From Prolixibacteraceae bacterium (GTDB lineage: Bacteria > Bacteroidota > Bacteroidia > Bacteroidales > Prolixibacteraceae), in assembly GCA_963676845.2 (NCBI GenBank), contig CAXXKK010000028.1:5881-69880 (forward strand): a DNA stretch of 64,000 bases, written 5' to 3'. The notes below the pieces were generated by a model. The model had not been told where the DNA came from and searched no databases. It saw nothing but the letters and a program-made list of their open reading frames with translations. Positions 38,563 to 48,475 of this stretch are shown here, in pieces; the first letter of the stretch is position 1, and each line of letters starts with the position of its first letter. A program made the translations under genes and the position numbers.

Positions 38563-39369
38563 ATGCAATATAAACGTGTATTAACAATCGCAGGGAGTGA
38601 TCCCAGCGGTGGTGCAGGAATACAAGCCGACATAAAAACAATTTCGGCATGCGAATGCTTTGCCACCAGTGCGATTACAGCCATTGTTGACGAAAATACA
38701 GTTGGTGTTTACGGTGTTCATCCTGTACCTATCGACTTTGTGAAAGGACAAATTAAATCGGTATTGGATGACATTGGAACGGATGCTATAAAGATAGGAA
38801 TGCTTCACTCATCAGAACTTATAAAAAATGTATTGGAAGTAATTACGCAATACTCCGTTCGTAATATTGTTATTGATCCGGTCATGGTGGCAACATCAGG
38901 TGATCCCTTGCTTCAGGAAGAAGCCATTTCAACATTAAAGAATGAATTAATTCCTCATGCACGGGTTATCACACCCAACATTCCGGAAGCAGAAATCTTA
39001 GCAGGAAAGAATATTAAAAGTCAATCTGATTTGCCCCGGATTGCCAAAGAATTATCGATGAATGAAAAAGTATCCGTCTTACTAAAAGCAGGTCATCTCA
39101 CAGATAATGAACTTATCGATATTTTCTACAATGCCGAAACCGGTGAAACCTTGGAACTCCGGTCACAACGCTTGGAAACTAAAAACACACATGGTACAGG
39201 TTGTACGCTTTCTTCTGCTATTGCTTCATTTTTGGCAAAAGGACATGATTTAAATGATGCGATTCGTAATGCTAAGAATTACATTAATAAAGCGATTCTG
39301 GAAGGTGCTAAATATGAAATTGGGAAAGGACATGGACCCGTTCATCACTTTCACCAATACTGGGAATAA
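38563..39369 (+). CDS. thiD: Hydroxymethylpyrimidine / phosphomethylpyrimidine kinase
   Basis: VLTIAGSDPSGGAGIQADIKT, DPVMVATSG, HGTGCTLSSAIA. Confidence 0.9.
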   Translation: MQYKRVLTIAGSDPSGGAGIQADIKTISACECFATSAITAIVDENTVGVYGVHPVPIDFVKGQIKSVLDDIGTDAIKIGMLHSSELIKNVLEVITQYSVRNIVIDPVMVATSGDPLLQEEAISTLKNELIPHARVITPNIPEAEILAGKNIKSQSDLPRIAKELSMNEKVSVLLKAGHLTDNELIDIFYNAETGETLELRSQRLETKNTHGTGCTLSSAIASFLAKGHDLNDAIRNAKNYINKAILEGAKYEIGKGHGPVHHFHQYWE

Positions 39370-39376
39370 AATTCAA

Positions 39377-39418
39377 AATTCCCCTCCTTTTCGTTTTATT
39401 TCGGAAAGTTGGGGAATT
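39377..39418. terminator. Bidirectional hairpin terminator between convergent thiD and galM
   Basis: Outer stem aattcccc/ggggaatt plus inner stem cttttcg/cggaaag (one mismatch). T-rich on both sides. Confidence 0.6.
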
Positions 39419-39425
39419 GGGAAAA

Positions 39426-40478
39426 CTAAGATATTGTTCCAAATTTATAAACCGTTTTATGCTCGTATTTTTCACCCGGAGAAAGCAATGTTGTTGGAAA
39501 ATCCAGGTGATTAGGAGAATCAGGGAAATGCTGTGTTTCCAATGCGACACCAGAATATTTGCCATAGATCTTTTCTCCATCAATATCAAACTCCGGAATA
39601 TAGAAACCTGTATATAACTGAATTCCTGGTTGAGTAGTAAAAACTTCAACTTTTCGACCTCCTTCAGGTTCGATCAACTCTGCTGCCTTTGAAAAATCGT
39701 CTTCTGCTTTATTCAATATAAAATTCAGATCATAGCCATCATTTAAAAGGTGAATATCTTTCCCGATATCCTTTAATTCTCTAAAATCAAAAGGGGTATT
39801 TCCCACTGAAACAAGCTTACCCGTAGGAATTAAATCATTTGACTCCGTATATTTCTCAGCGTTCAAAATAAGTTGATGATTCAGTATATCTCCCTTATTC
39901 CCTTTTAGGTTGAAATATGTATGATTGGTTAAATTTAAAACTGTAGGCTTATCTGTTTCTGCAAAATATTTTATTACCAATTCATTTTTATTAGTTAGGA
40001 TATATTTAACAGTTACATTTAAATTTCCCGGATAACCTTCTTCCATATCCTTACTTAAATAAGAAAGTTTCAATTCGACCTCATTGTCCCTTTCCTCTGT
40101 TCTTGCATTCCAAACTTTCGTGTAAAAACCTGAAGGACCACCATGCAAATGGTTTTCTCCATTATTCGTTTCCAAAGAATATTCTATTCCTTCCAGCTTG
40201 AACTTACCCTTTGCTATTCGATTTCCATACCGACCTACCAAACAACCGAAATACGGGATATTATCCTTATAAAAATCATTAGTATAGTCCGACAATGAAT
40301 TAAATCCTAAAGCAATATTTTCAATATTCCCCTCCTTGTCCGGAACTTCTATTGAAGTTATTATGCCGCCATAGTTCGTTATTTTTACACAACAAGTTTT
40401 ATTTTTTAAAGTAAAAAGAGAAACCTTTTCTCCACTCTTAAGTTCTCCAAATCGATCTTTATAAATTACCATATCCAC
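39426..40478 (-). CDS. galM: Aldose 1-epimerase (galactose mutarotase)
   Basis: GRYGNRI, NHLHGG, TNHTYFNL and ALETQHFPDS motifs. Confidence 0.88.
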   Translation of the reverse strand: MDMVIYKDRFGELKSGEKVSLFTLKNKTCCVKITNYGGIITSIEVPDKEGNIENIALGFNSLSDYTNDFYKDNIPYFGCLVGRYGNRIAKGKFKLEGIEYSLETNNGENHLHGGPSGFYTKVWNARTEERDNEVELKLSYLSKDMEEGYPGNLNVTVKYILTNKNELVIKYFAETDKPTVLNLTNHTYFNLKGNKGDILNHQLILNAEKYTESNDLIPTGKLVSVGNTPFDFRELKDIGKDIHLLNDGYDLNFILNKAEDDFSKAAELIEPEGGRKVEVFTTQPGIQLYTGFYIPEFDIDGEKIYGKYSGVALETQHFPDSPNHLDFPTTLLSPGEKYEHKTVYKFGTIS

Positions 40479-40568
40479 TTCTTATAATGAAAACAAGCCA
40501 GCACTGCCGGCTTGTTATTTGCCTACTCCAATTTATGAAAAGAAAAAGTAATAAGTCTTTTTTTAAAT

Positions 40569-42047
40569 TTATAGATTCACAGAAAATGTATTTAATGAAT
40601 TTGCAGGAATCTCAACACTTACTTTTGATCCATCAATATCGAAGGTTTTATTTACTGTTTCAGCTTCCTCATTCAGATATATAATTATTGCCTGGTTATC
40701 AGGATTTAAGAATGCTACACAATTTTCCTCTGTATCAAGATCCAAATATTTTGCACCCGGCTCAACAAAGTAGCTAAAGTGTTTCATTAAGTAGAATTCA
40801 GGATTATAAACTACCTCAAGTTCATCATTCACTGTAACCAATGAATTTTGCAACCATCCCCAGGTACTTTCACCATTTGTAAGAATTGGGTTCCAGTATT
40901 CATAAACAACAACACCATTTGCAAAATAATGCTTCATTAAAGAAAATGTGTATTTCATTGCATCCCAATCATTTGAACCATTACCACATTCTGACTCTGT
41001 TTGTATTAGCTTAAATTGTGGATACGTTTCATTTACATAGCCAACAACACCTTTACCTGCCCATTGAAACCCAACACCAGTTAGATATTTAGCAGCTTCC
41101 GGATCTGAAAGGATAGGATCAACACTTGATTCCAATCCCCTTTCAATAGTACCAAGATATACCTCAACATCAGGATGATCTTGTTCCAGTTGTTTTCCAA
41201 CATATTTTACCAATGTACCTAATGCTTCAGGAGTCCATGTACATGATGGGAAATTTTGAGCTGAGTTGGGCTCATTTTGTACGTGTACTGCGAAAATATC
41301 AATACCTTCTTTTTCATACTCTTCAATGAATTTTGAAAAATATATCCCATAGGCAGATAGCGTTTTATCATCCATTATAAATAAATTAGTATCTGTGTTT
41401 GGCTGAGGACCGCCTCCACCACCAAACTGAGCTCTTAAAGCTTCCCTTTCTTCTTCTGACAAATCATCCATTGAAGGTCTTGGTCTTTCTTCTCCAGGCT
41501 TTCTTCCTGCATAATAGTTATTTGTTTTCATCCAGCTTGGAGGTCCCCATGGAGAAGCCCAGATTTCGATTTCAGGATTAATTCTTAATGCCTCTTTGAT
41601 ATAAGGAATTAAACGAAGACGATCTCTTGAAATAGAAAAGTTTTTCATTTCATAATCGCCAGGAGTTTCGTTAAAGCTATACCAATCAACTGAATAATCA
41701 TTTGCACCTAAAGGCATACGCATAATATTGAATTTGGCACCTGAAATTTGATTAAAGAAACTTTGTAGAATATCCTGTTTCTCTGCATATGTTACCAGAT
41801 TTAAAGCTTCCCATCCAAGTTCATTAAAACAAGCTCCAAATCCTTCTATTGTTTGTTTTGTATTGCTAAGATTAATATTTAATGCTGATGAATTAGCCGC
41901 CGATTGAGATGAAATATCTTTTTCAACCCAAGGGTTACTGTTAGTTGTACTCACCCATTCAGTAATCTTAACCTCTTGTGCACTAGTTTTTAAAATAATA
42001 CCAGATATTAAAAAAACTGAGAAAAATAAAATAATACCTTTTTTCAT
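40569..42047 (-). CDS. Glycoside hydrolase family 30 protein (secreted)
   Basis: Signal peptide, IEGFGACFNELGW, IWASPWGPPSWMKTN, acid/base region HVQNEPN, nucleophile region QTESECG. Confidence 0.8.
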   Translation of the reverse strand: MKKGIILFFSVFLISGIILKTSAQEVKITEWVSTTNSNPWVEKDISSQSAANSSALNINLSNTKQTIEGFGACFNELGWEALNLVTYAEKQDILQSFFNQISGAKFNIMRMPLGANDYSVDWYSFNETPGDYEMKNFSISRDRLRLIPYIKEALRINPEIEIWASPWGPPSWMKTNNYYAGRKPGEERPRPSMDDLSEEEREALRAQFGGGGGPQPNTDTNLFIMDDKTLSAYGIYFSKFIEEYEKEGIDIFAVHVQNEPNSAQNFPSCTWTPEALGTLVKYVGKQLEQDHPDVEVYLGTIERGLESSVDPILSDPEAAKYLTGVGFQWAGKGVVGYVNETYPQFKLIQTESECGNGSNDWDAMKYTFSLMKHYFANGVVVYEYWNPILTNGESTWGWLQNSLVTVNDELEVVYNPEFYLMKHFSYFVEPGAKYLDLDTEENCVAFLNPDNQAIIIYLNEEAETVNKTFDIDGSKVSVEIPANSLNTFSVNL

Positions 42048-42143
42048 TTCCTAATAGTTTAAATTGATTTATAGTTCTAATATCAAATTCTGTAAAAAAG
42101 AAAAATAGTCTACTTATTTATTGACAATTACATTAATCAACAT

Positions 42144-42176
42144 AAAAGGAGAGAAAGGTTTCTTTTCTCTCCTTTT
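42144..42176 (-). terminator. 13-bp-stem hairpin between susD-like and GH30 genes
   Basis: aaaaggagagaaa / tttctctcctttt perfect stem with a 7-nt loop. Either an intra-operon terminator or a processing site. Confidence 0.5.
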
Positions 42177-42199
42177 GTTATGATGTATACTATTTATTA

Positions 42200-43753
42200 T
42201 TAATAACCATCATTTTGACTCATATTTGGATTAGTCAAAATTTCCTGATCTGGAACTGGATACAATTTGAAATGACTATCGAATGGTTTTCGATACTCAA
42301 TATCATCCATTGGTGCATCTAAGATTTCAGCTAATTCTGAATCTGAGATTATTCCTGCATTATTCCATCTGATCAAATCAGGGAAACGACATCCTTCAAA
42401 TGAAAGTTCCAGTCTTCTCTCTGTAATTACTCTATCCATCAAATCAGCATCAGACTCAAGTGCATCTTCTAGCTCTACCCTATTCCTTACCTCATCTATG
42501 TATCCACGAGCAATATCAAAATCAGGAGACGTCTTTAAAATATTCGCTTCAGCTGCCATTAATAAAACATCTGCATAGCGAATTAACCTCAGGTTTGTTC
42601 CATTATTTAATGTTAAGTTTGGTTCACCTGACTCCTCAATCAAATTTGTGTATTTTAACCTGATATAGCCATCATATGCATACGGATCATCATGAACAGT
42701 TACTCCTTCTTCAACAAATTCAGTCTCAGATATCATAGAGCTTTTACGTCTGATCTCATCGCCTTCAGCTTCGTAAGCATCCCACATAGGGGTTATTGGA
42801 TAAGCACCTCCCCAACCGGTAAACATGCCTATATTTTCAAGATTTGAGAAATAGCCATCACGTGGACTACAAAACTGCCACATAATATTATTCTTCCAGG
42901 GAGTTCCTCCCCAATTGGCAATACCTCCTTCATTATCATAGGTTACCTCAAATAATGATTCCGAGCTAAATTCATTCTCAACACGCAATACCCTTGAATA
43001 GTCAGACACTAAAGTATATTCCCCAGAGCTGATAACATCATCAAAAGCATCAGCTGCCAAATCATATTTTTGCTGATACAAATAAGATTTGCCAAGCAAA
43101 GCCTGTGCTGCTCCTTTTGTTGCCCTGTACTGTTCTTCTGATGATAGTTCAGATCTAACAGGAAGAACAGAAATTGCATCAGTTAAATCGGTTTCAATTT
43201 GTGTCCATATAGCCTCGGTAGCTGCTGGTGTCTGCTGATATTCTGAAGGCTCAAGCTCTGTTGTAACCAAAGGAACTTCTCCCCACATGGTAACCAGATC
43301 AAAATAAAACAAAGCCCTTAAGAATTTGCTTTCAGCAATAACTACAGTTTTAGCCTCTGTATCCGGCTCAACATTCTCTGTTACTATATTGCATCTATTT
43401 ACTCCCTGATACAAATTATTGAATACACTATTCACATGAGTACTACTTCCATCATAGTTAAACTCATTAACTTCTTCCAGGTAAGACTGATCCCCCCTGG
43501 TACCTCCACCAGCAGCAACTTCATCTCCCGGTAAAGTTTTAAGTGCCCACATACTTTGAAAAGCTCCATTCATAGATGCAAGCCTTGCATAGGCAGCCAA
43601 TACTCCCTGACGTGCTTCGTTGTCTGTTTTATAAAAATTATCAGTTGTCTGAACACCTTTAGCTTCTGTGTCCAGGAAACTTTCAGAACATGATGTACTG
43701 ATTGCTATAATAATAAGGGATAAAAATCCTGTTATAATATTTATTCTTTTCAT
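42200..43753 (-). CDS. susD: SusD/RagB-family nutrient-binding lipoprotein
   Basis: Lipobox ISTSC and FLRALFYFDLVTMWGEVPL. Immediately downstream of a SusC-like gene. Confidence 0.9.
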   Translation of the reverse strand: MKRINIITGFLSLIIIAISTSCSESFLDTEAKGVQTTDNFYKTDNEARQGVLAAYARLASMNGAFQSMWALKTLPGDEVAAGGGTRGDQSYLEEVNEFNYDGSSTHVNSVFNNLYQGVNRCNIVTENVEPDTEAKTVVIAESKFLRALFYFDLVTMWGEVPLVTTELEPSEYQQTPAATEAIWTQIETDLTDAISVLPVRSELSSEEQYRATKGAAQALLGKSYLYQQKYDLAADAFDDVISSGEYTLVSDYSRVLRVENEFSSESLFEVTYDNEGGIANWGGTPWKNNIMWQFCSPRDGYFSNLENIGMFTGWGGAYPITPMWDAYEAEGDEIRRKSSMISETEFVEEGVTVHDDPYAYDGYIRLKYTNLIEESGEPNLTLNNGTNLRLIRYADVLLMAAEANILKTSPDFDIARGYIDEVRNRVELEDALESDADLMDRVITERRLELSFEGCRFPDLIRWNNAGIISDSELAEILDAPMDDIEYRKPFDSHFKLYPVPDQEILTNPNMSQNDGY

Positions 43754-43771
43754 GAGTTCTCAATTTTTAGG

Positions 43772-46700
43772 TTAAAAAGAAATTGATGCACCAAATACAA
43801 ATTTTTTGGCTGCAGGATAAAATCCTCTATCGATACCTATTCCAGAACCAGTACTACCTAATTCAGGATCCATACCTGGGTATTTTGTGAATGTGAAGAG
43901 GTTTTCTCCCGAAACGTATGCCCTAATTTTTTGAGCTTTTATTTTCGAGCAGATTTCCTTTGGTAAGTTGTAACCCAATTGTATTTGTTTTACTCTTAAG
44001 TAAGATCCATCGAATACTAGCAAATCGCTATTAAAATTATTAGCATCTGTTGCTGCTGACGGCATTGATGCATTCGTATTCGTTTCTGTCCATCTGTCGT
44101 CATAAATAAATTTTGGTCTGTTTACCCCTGCTCTGTCATTCCTCATGAATCCAACCAAAACATCGTTACCGATGCTTCCCTGCATGAAAATGGCTAAGTC
44201 GAAGTCTTTATATTTCAAATTAATATTTCCACCAAACGTCACATCAGGGTTAGGATTACCAATCATTGTATAATCTGATGAATTTATAGATCCATCCTTA
44301 TTTACATCAATAATATTTGGATCTCCTGTTTCCGGATTAATTCCATCAGTTTTATATCCTCTGAAATACCAAATAGGATAACCTACCTCAACATATGTGG
44401 CAGTCCAGCTATTTCCACTTGCACTAGCACCTCTTAACCGCGTTACAGTAGGATCAAGATAAGTCACTTCATTTTTATTTTTAGATATGTTAAAGCTCAA
44501 ATCATAGTCAAGATCTCCGATGTTATCAGAATAGCCTAGTTCAACTTCAATCCCTTTATTTACAACATCTCCTGCATTAATTGATGCAGCACTGTTTCCT
44601 GCTTCATAAGGAGGAGTATTGGATGTTAACAGATCTGTAGTTTTTTTATGATAATAATCTGCAGATATACTGAATTTACTATCAAATGCTCTCACGTCAA
44701 ATCCAATATTTGTCTGAACACTGGTTTCCCATGTAAGACTTGGATTATTTAACCTTGACGGCTCTGAATAATTCAACAAATTACCATTTGCATCAACATA
44801 GTATCTATTACCAGATGATGTAATAAATCCATAATAAGAATAGTTTCCTAAGTTGGATAAACTACCGTTTTCCCCCCAACTTCCTCTAAGTCTTAAAAAA
44901 TCAAAGGTTGAAGAACTAAAGAAATCTTCTTCAGATAATATCCATCCTAGTGAGAATGAAGGGAAAGTACCCCATCTTCCTTGTTTTGGCAGATATGAAA
45001 GGCTGGCGCCATCACGTCTTATAGTTCCCTGCAAAACATACTTATCCTTGTAATTATATGTAAAACGTCCAAAATAAGAATACTGAGTATCATCAGTTGT
45101 GTGTCCCCCTATTTGATCCAGATCATCAGAAGCGATATAATCAAAATCAGCATAATTTTCATCATTGACTACATTCATTGGTCCACCATAAACATCAGTA
45201 GTTCTTGAAGTACGTTGCTGTGCAGCAATACCAGCAACAACATTTAGACTATGCTCCCCAATTGTTTTATTGTAAGTTGCAAAATTCTCCCACTGCCAGA
45301 AATAACTGCTATTATAATTTTCCTCAACTGTAGGAACAGTATTAAACGATTCGGAACTATGATAATATACCGGATTCCATGAGTGATTATTACTGTAATT
45401 AATATTGAATCCAACCCTTGAAGTAATTGTCAAATCTTCAATTGGGGTAATATCTGCGAAAAATGAACCAACAACATTATCCCCAATTGTTTTTCCTTTT
45501 GTATTTGCAAGCACAACAAACGGGTTAATTGATTTACCTGTTACATACTGTGAAATACCATAAATATTCCCAGCTTCATCACGAACTACTTCATCTTCAT
45601 GTTCGTCCACAATTGCTTGTATTGACGAAGGTATTTGTGAATTATCAGTATAAACTATTGGAGTAACAGGATCCAGCATTAATGCTCCAGACAACACTCC
45701 TCCAAACACATCATTTTCTGCAATCCCTGATTTTTTTGAATGAGTAAACGAAACATTATTTCCTATCTTCAACCAGTTATTAATCTTATAATCACCATTA
45801 ACACGAAGAGTTAATCTTTCGTAAGTGTCTTTGTCTCCAGAAACAATACCATCATTTGTAAGATAAGAACCAGAAAGCATTGTTTTTGCTTTTTCAGTTC
45901 CGGTACTATACGAAATGTGATGATTTTGATATTGGCCTGTTTCAAAAATTGCATCAGCCCAGTTTGTATCAAATCCAGTTGGATCAACAGTTCTACCTGC
46001 TTCTGCATTATACTGAATATATTCTTCTGCATTAAGTAGATCAGGAATATCTCCTACCTGTTCAATTGTATACTGCATATCATAAGACAAAGTACTTGTT
46101 CCAACTTTACCTGATTTTGTAGTAATGATAACAACACCATTACCCCCTTCTGCTCCATAAATTGCAGTCGACGCAGCATCTTTTAAAACTTCCATGCTCT
46201 CGATATCCTGTGGGGCAATAGAAGAAATATCAGACATTTTTGTTCCATCTACAATATATAATGGAGATGCATCACCGTTTGAACTTACTCCCCTGATTCT
46301 AATTGCCATCGATGAACCTGGAGAACCAGAGGTTTGCATAACAGTCACACCAGCAGTCCTTCCCTGAAGTGCCTGTTCTGCATTTGTTATTGAAACACTC
46401 TCTATATTTTCTGATTTAACACTTGAGATAGCACCTGTCGCTAAGCTTTTCTTTTGAACACCATATCCAATAGCAACAACCTCATCAAGTCCAATTGTTT
46501 CTTCTTCTAATACAATATTAATTGTGGTTTGATTTTGAACACTTATTTCTTGTGCAACCATCCCTACAAATGAAAATGATAAAATACCATCCGATGGAAC
46601 ATTAGAAATTGAATAGTTCCCATCAAAATCAGTAATCGTTCCCTGAGTAGTACCTTTTACGGCAACAGTTACACCTGGAAGAGAATCTCCAGATTCACTT

Positions 46701-46870
46701 GTAACCTTACCAGTAACTGTCTTTTGTTGTTGATCTAAATTTGTTTTTTCCGGAAAATGGTCTGGTTTATAATTTTGCATGCCTCTGTTTTCTGCAAACA
46801 AATTCATGCTTAATGTTAATAATAACATCAAGATAGTTCCCCTGATTAGGGGAGAATGAATTTTTTCCAT
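43772..46870 (-). CDS. susC: SusC/RagA-family TonB-linked outer-membrane transporter
   Basis: CarboxypepD_reg domain (TGKVTSESGDSLPGVTVAVKGT), plug (ALQGRTAGVTV), 1032 aa, C-terminal F. Confidence 0.92.
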   Translation of the reverse strand: MEKIHSPLIRGTILMLLLTLSMNLFAENRGMQNYKPDHFPEKTNLDQQQKTVTGKVTSESGDSLPGVTVAVKGTTQGTITDFDGNYSISNVPSDGILSFSFVGMVAQEISVQNQTTINIVLEEETIGLDEVVAIGYGVQKKSLATGAISSVKSENIESVSITNAEQALQGRTAGVTVMQTSGSPGSSMAIRIRGVSSNGDASPLYIVDGTKMSDISSIAPQDIESMEVLKDAASTAIYGAEGGNGVVIITTKSGKVGTSTLSYDMQYTIEQVGDIPDLLNAEEYIQYNAEAGRTVDPTGFDTNWADAIFETGQYQNHHISYSTGTEKAKTMLSGSYLTNDGIVSGDKDTYERLTLRVNGDYKINNWLKIGNNVSFTHSKKSGIAENDVFGGVLSGALMLDPVTPIVYTDNSQIPSSIQAIVDEHEDEVVRDEAGNIYGISQYVTGKSINPFVVLANTKGKTIGDNVVGSFFADITPIEDLTITSRVGFNINYSNNHSWNPVYYHSSESFNTVPTVEENYNSSYFWQWENFATYNKTIGEHSLNVVAGIAAQQRTSRTTDVYGGPMNVVNDENYADFDYIASDDLDQIGGHTTDDTQYSYFGRFTYNYKDKYVLQGTIRRDGASLSYLPKQGRWGTFPSFSLGWILSEEDFFSSSTFDFLRLRGSWGENGSLSNLGNYSYYGFITSSGNRYYVDANGNLLNYSEPSRLNNPSLTWETSVQTNIGFDVRAFDSKFSISADYYHKKTTDLLTSNTPPYEAGNSAASINAGDVVNKGIEVELGYSDNIGDLDYDLSFNISKNKNEVTYLDPTVTRLRGASASGNSWTATYVEVGYPIWYFRGYKTDGINPETGDPNIIDVNKDGSINSSDYTMIGNPNPDVTFGGNINLKYKDFDLAIFMQGSIGNDVLVGFMRNDRAGVNRPKFIYDDRWTETNTNASMPSAATDANNFNSDLLVFDGSYLRVKQIQLGYNLPKEICSKIKAQKIRAYVSGENLFTFTKYPGMDPELGSTGSGIGIDRGFYPAAKKFVFGASISF

Positions 46871-46950
46871 AGTTTTGATTTTTGATTTAATGTTTTATTA
46901 CATAATCTATTAGTGTTTCTCTGACCAGAAACATTTAATAATTTTTTTAG

Positions 46951-46980
46951 AGAGGGAAAAGATCCAACACTTTTCCCTCT
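46951..46980 (-). terminator. 11-bp-stem hairpin between the xylE-like and susC genes
   Basis: agagggaaaag / cttttccctct perfect stem. No clear U-tract on the minus strand. Confidence 0.35.
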
Positions 46981-47035
46981 TTTGTTTAGTTTGGTCTTTC
47001 TTTCATAGTTAGTTTGTGATTTTTTAGTTTTTCCT

Positions 47036-48418
47036 TTATTTATTCCATATTTTCTCCATCTCCTCCAGTGTTTTTCCTTTGGTTTCAGGAACCATTTTCC
47101 AAACAAAGAAGAAAGACAGAAGACTCATTATTCCATAAAAAGAGTAAGTCATTCCCCCGCTAAATTCCATCATTGCAGGATAAGTAGATGAGATAAAATA
47201 GTTAGCAGCCCACTGAGCTGCAACAGCAATAGCAACTCCTTTCCCACGTATTTGATTTGGGAAAATTTCTGAAATCAATACCCAACAGATAGGGCCCCAC
47301 GACATCATAAAAGAAGCTGTATAAATGATGATAAAGATCAAAGTACTGATTCCGATAATTTCCATAAAGGCAAGTGTACCAATAGCAAACATACCAACAG
47401 CCATGCCAATAGACCCGATCATAAGTAATGGTTTACGCCCAATCTTATCTACAGTAACAATAGCAACTACGGTGAAAATTACATTCACTAATCCCATTAC
47501 AACTGTCTGCATCATCGAAGCATCTTTTGCCGCTCCCATGCTTTCGAATATTCTAGGAGCATAATACAGTGCAACATTGATACCTACAAACTGCTGAAAA
47601 ACAGAAAGAAGAATTCCAATAACAATTACGATTTTACCGTAGGAGAATAGCTTAGCCGAAGAATGAGATTCAATTGATCCTTTAATGTCATTCAAAATGC
47701 TTTTTGCTAATTCTTTTCCATTTATCCTTTCAAGAATAGATAAGGCTTTTTGATCTTGGTTATTTAAAGCAAGATAACGTGGCGTCTCAGGGACAAAAAA
47801 TAGCAATACCCCAAATATTCCGGCAGGTATAGCTTCAGAAGTAAACATCCTTCTCCAACCTACAGAATTAATCCACTCAAGACTTTGACCATTAGCAATT
47901 CCCCAGTTCACAAAATAAACAACCAACATCCCAAATATAATTGCAAACTGGTTGATGGAAACTAATCTTCCGCGAATATCTGCAGGTGCGATCTCTCCGA
48001 TATACATTGGACAAACAGCTGAAGCCAATCCCACACCAATACCACCTATAATGCGGTAGAAATTAAACACATACAAGAGCCCCATAGTAGGTTCCCCTTT
48101 TGTAAAGAATAGAAACTCCGGATTACCTGATCCCAGTGCAGAAAGAAAGAAAAGGAAAGCCGCCAGCATTAATGATCTTTTCCGCCCCATATTTTTAGCT
48201 AAAAGACCTGAAAGCCCACCTCCTATGATACATCCGATCAAAGCACTCGATATAGTTGCACCATGAATCCATGAACTTAGTCCAAGACCTTCAATTAAAA
48301 AAGCCTGTACTGATTTTTCTGCACCGGAAATGACAGCAGTGTCATATCCAAATAATAAACCTCCTAAAGTTGCCACCAAAGTGATGGCAACTATATATAG
48401 TGAGTTTCTTTCTTTCAT
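47036..48418 (-). CDS. xylE: MFS sugar porter (XylE-like sugar:H+ symporter)
   Basis: GGLLFGYDTAVISGA, GRKRSL, PETPRYL and PETKGKTLEEME sugar-porter signatures. Substrate is inferred from the adjacent xylA and xylB. Confidence 0.8.
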   Translation of the reverse strand: MKERNSLYIVAITLVATLGGLLFGYDTAVISGAEKSVQAFLIEGLGLSSWIHGATISSALIGCIIGGGLSGLLAKNMGRKRSLMLAAFLFFLSALGSGNPEFLFFTKGEPTMGLLYVFNFYRIIGGIGVGLASAVCPMYIGEIAPADIRGRLVSINQFAIIFGMLVVYFVNWGIANGQSLEWINSVGWRRMFTSEAIPAGIFGVLLFFVPETPRYLALNNQDQKALSILERINGKELAKSILNDIKGSIESHSSAKLFSYGKIVIVIGILLSVFQQFVGINVALYYAPRIFESMGAAKDASMMQTVVMGLVNVIFTVVAIVTVDKIGRKPLLMIGSIGMAVGMFAIGTLAFMEIIGISTLIFIIIYTASFMMSWGPICWVLISEIFPNQIRGKGVAIAVAAQWAANYFISSTYPAMMEFSGGMTYSFYGIMSLLSFFFVWKMVPETKGKTLEEMEKIWNK

Positions 48419-48475
48419 TGATTTAGTTATTAGTTTAAGGTTTTAAAACGTACTTATACTACATTTCTCTTATCG

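Noticed and set aside
39308-39649. 113-aa minus-strand ORF and an 86-aa plus-strand ORF around the thiD/galM junction.
   Set aside because: Both overlap the confident galM or thiD frames and the bidirectional terminator, and neither has recognisable motifs.
46846-47106. Very basic 86-aa minus-strand ORF bridging the xylE-like 3' end and the susC 5' end.
   Set aside because: It overlaps both confident neighbours and spans a hairpin. Its Lys/Arg richness simply reflects translation of an A-rich spacer.
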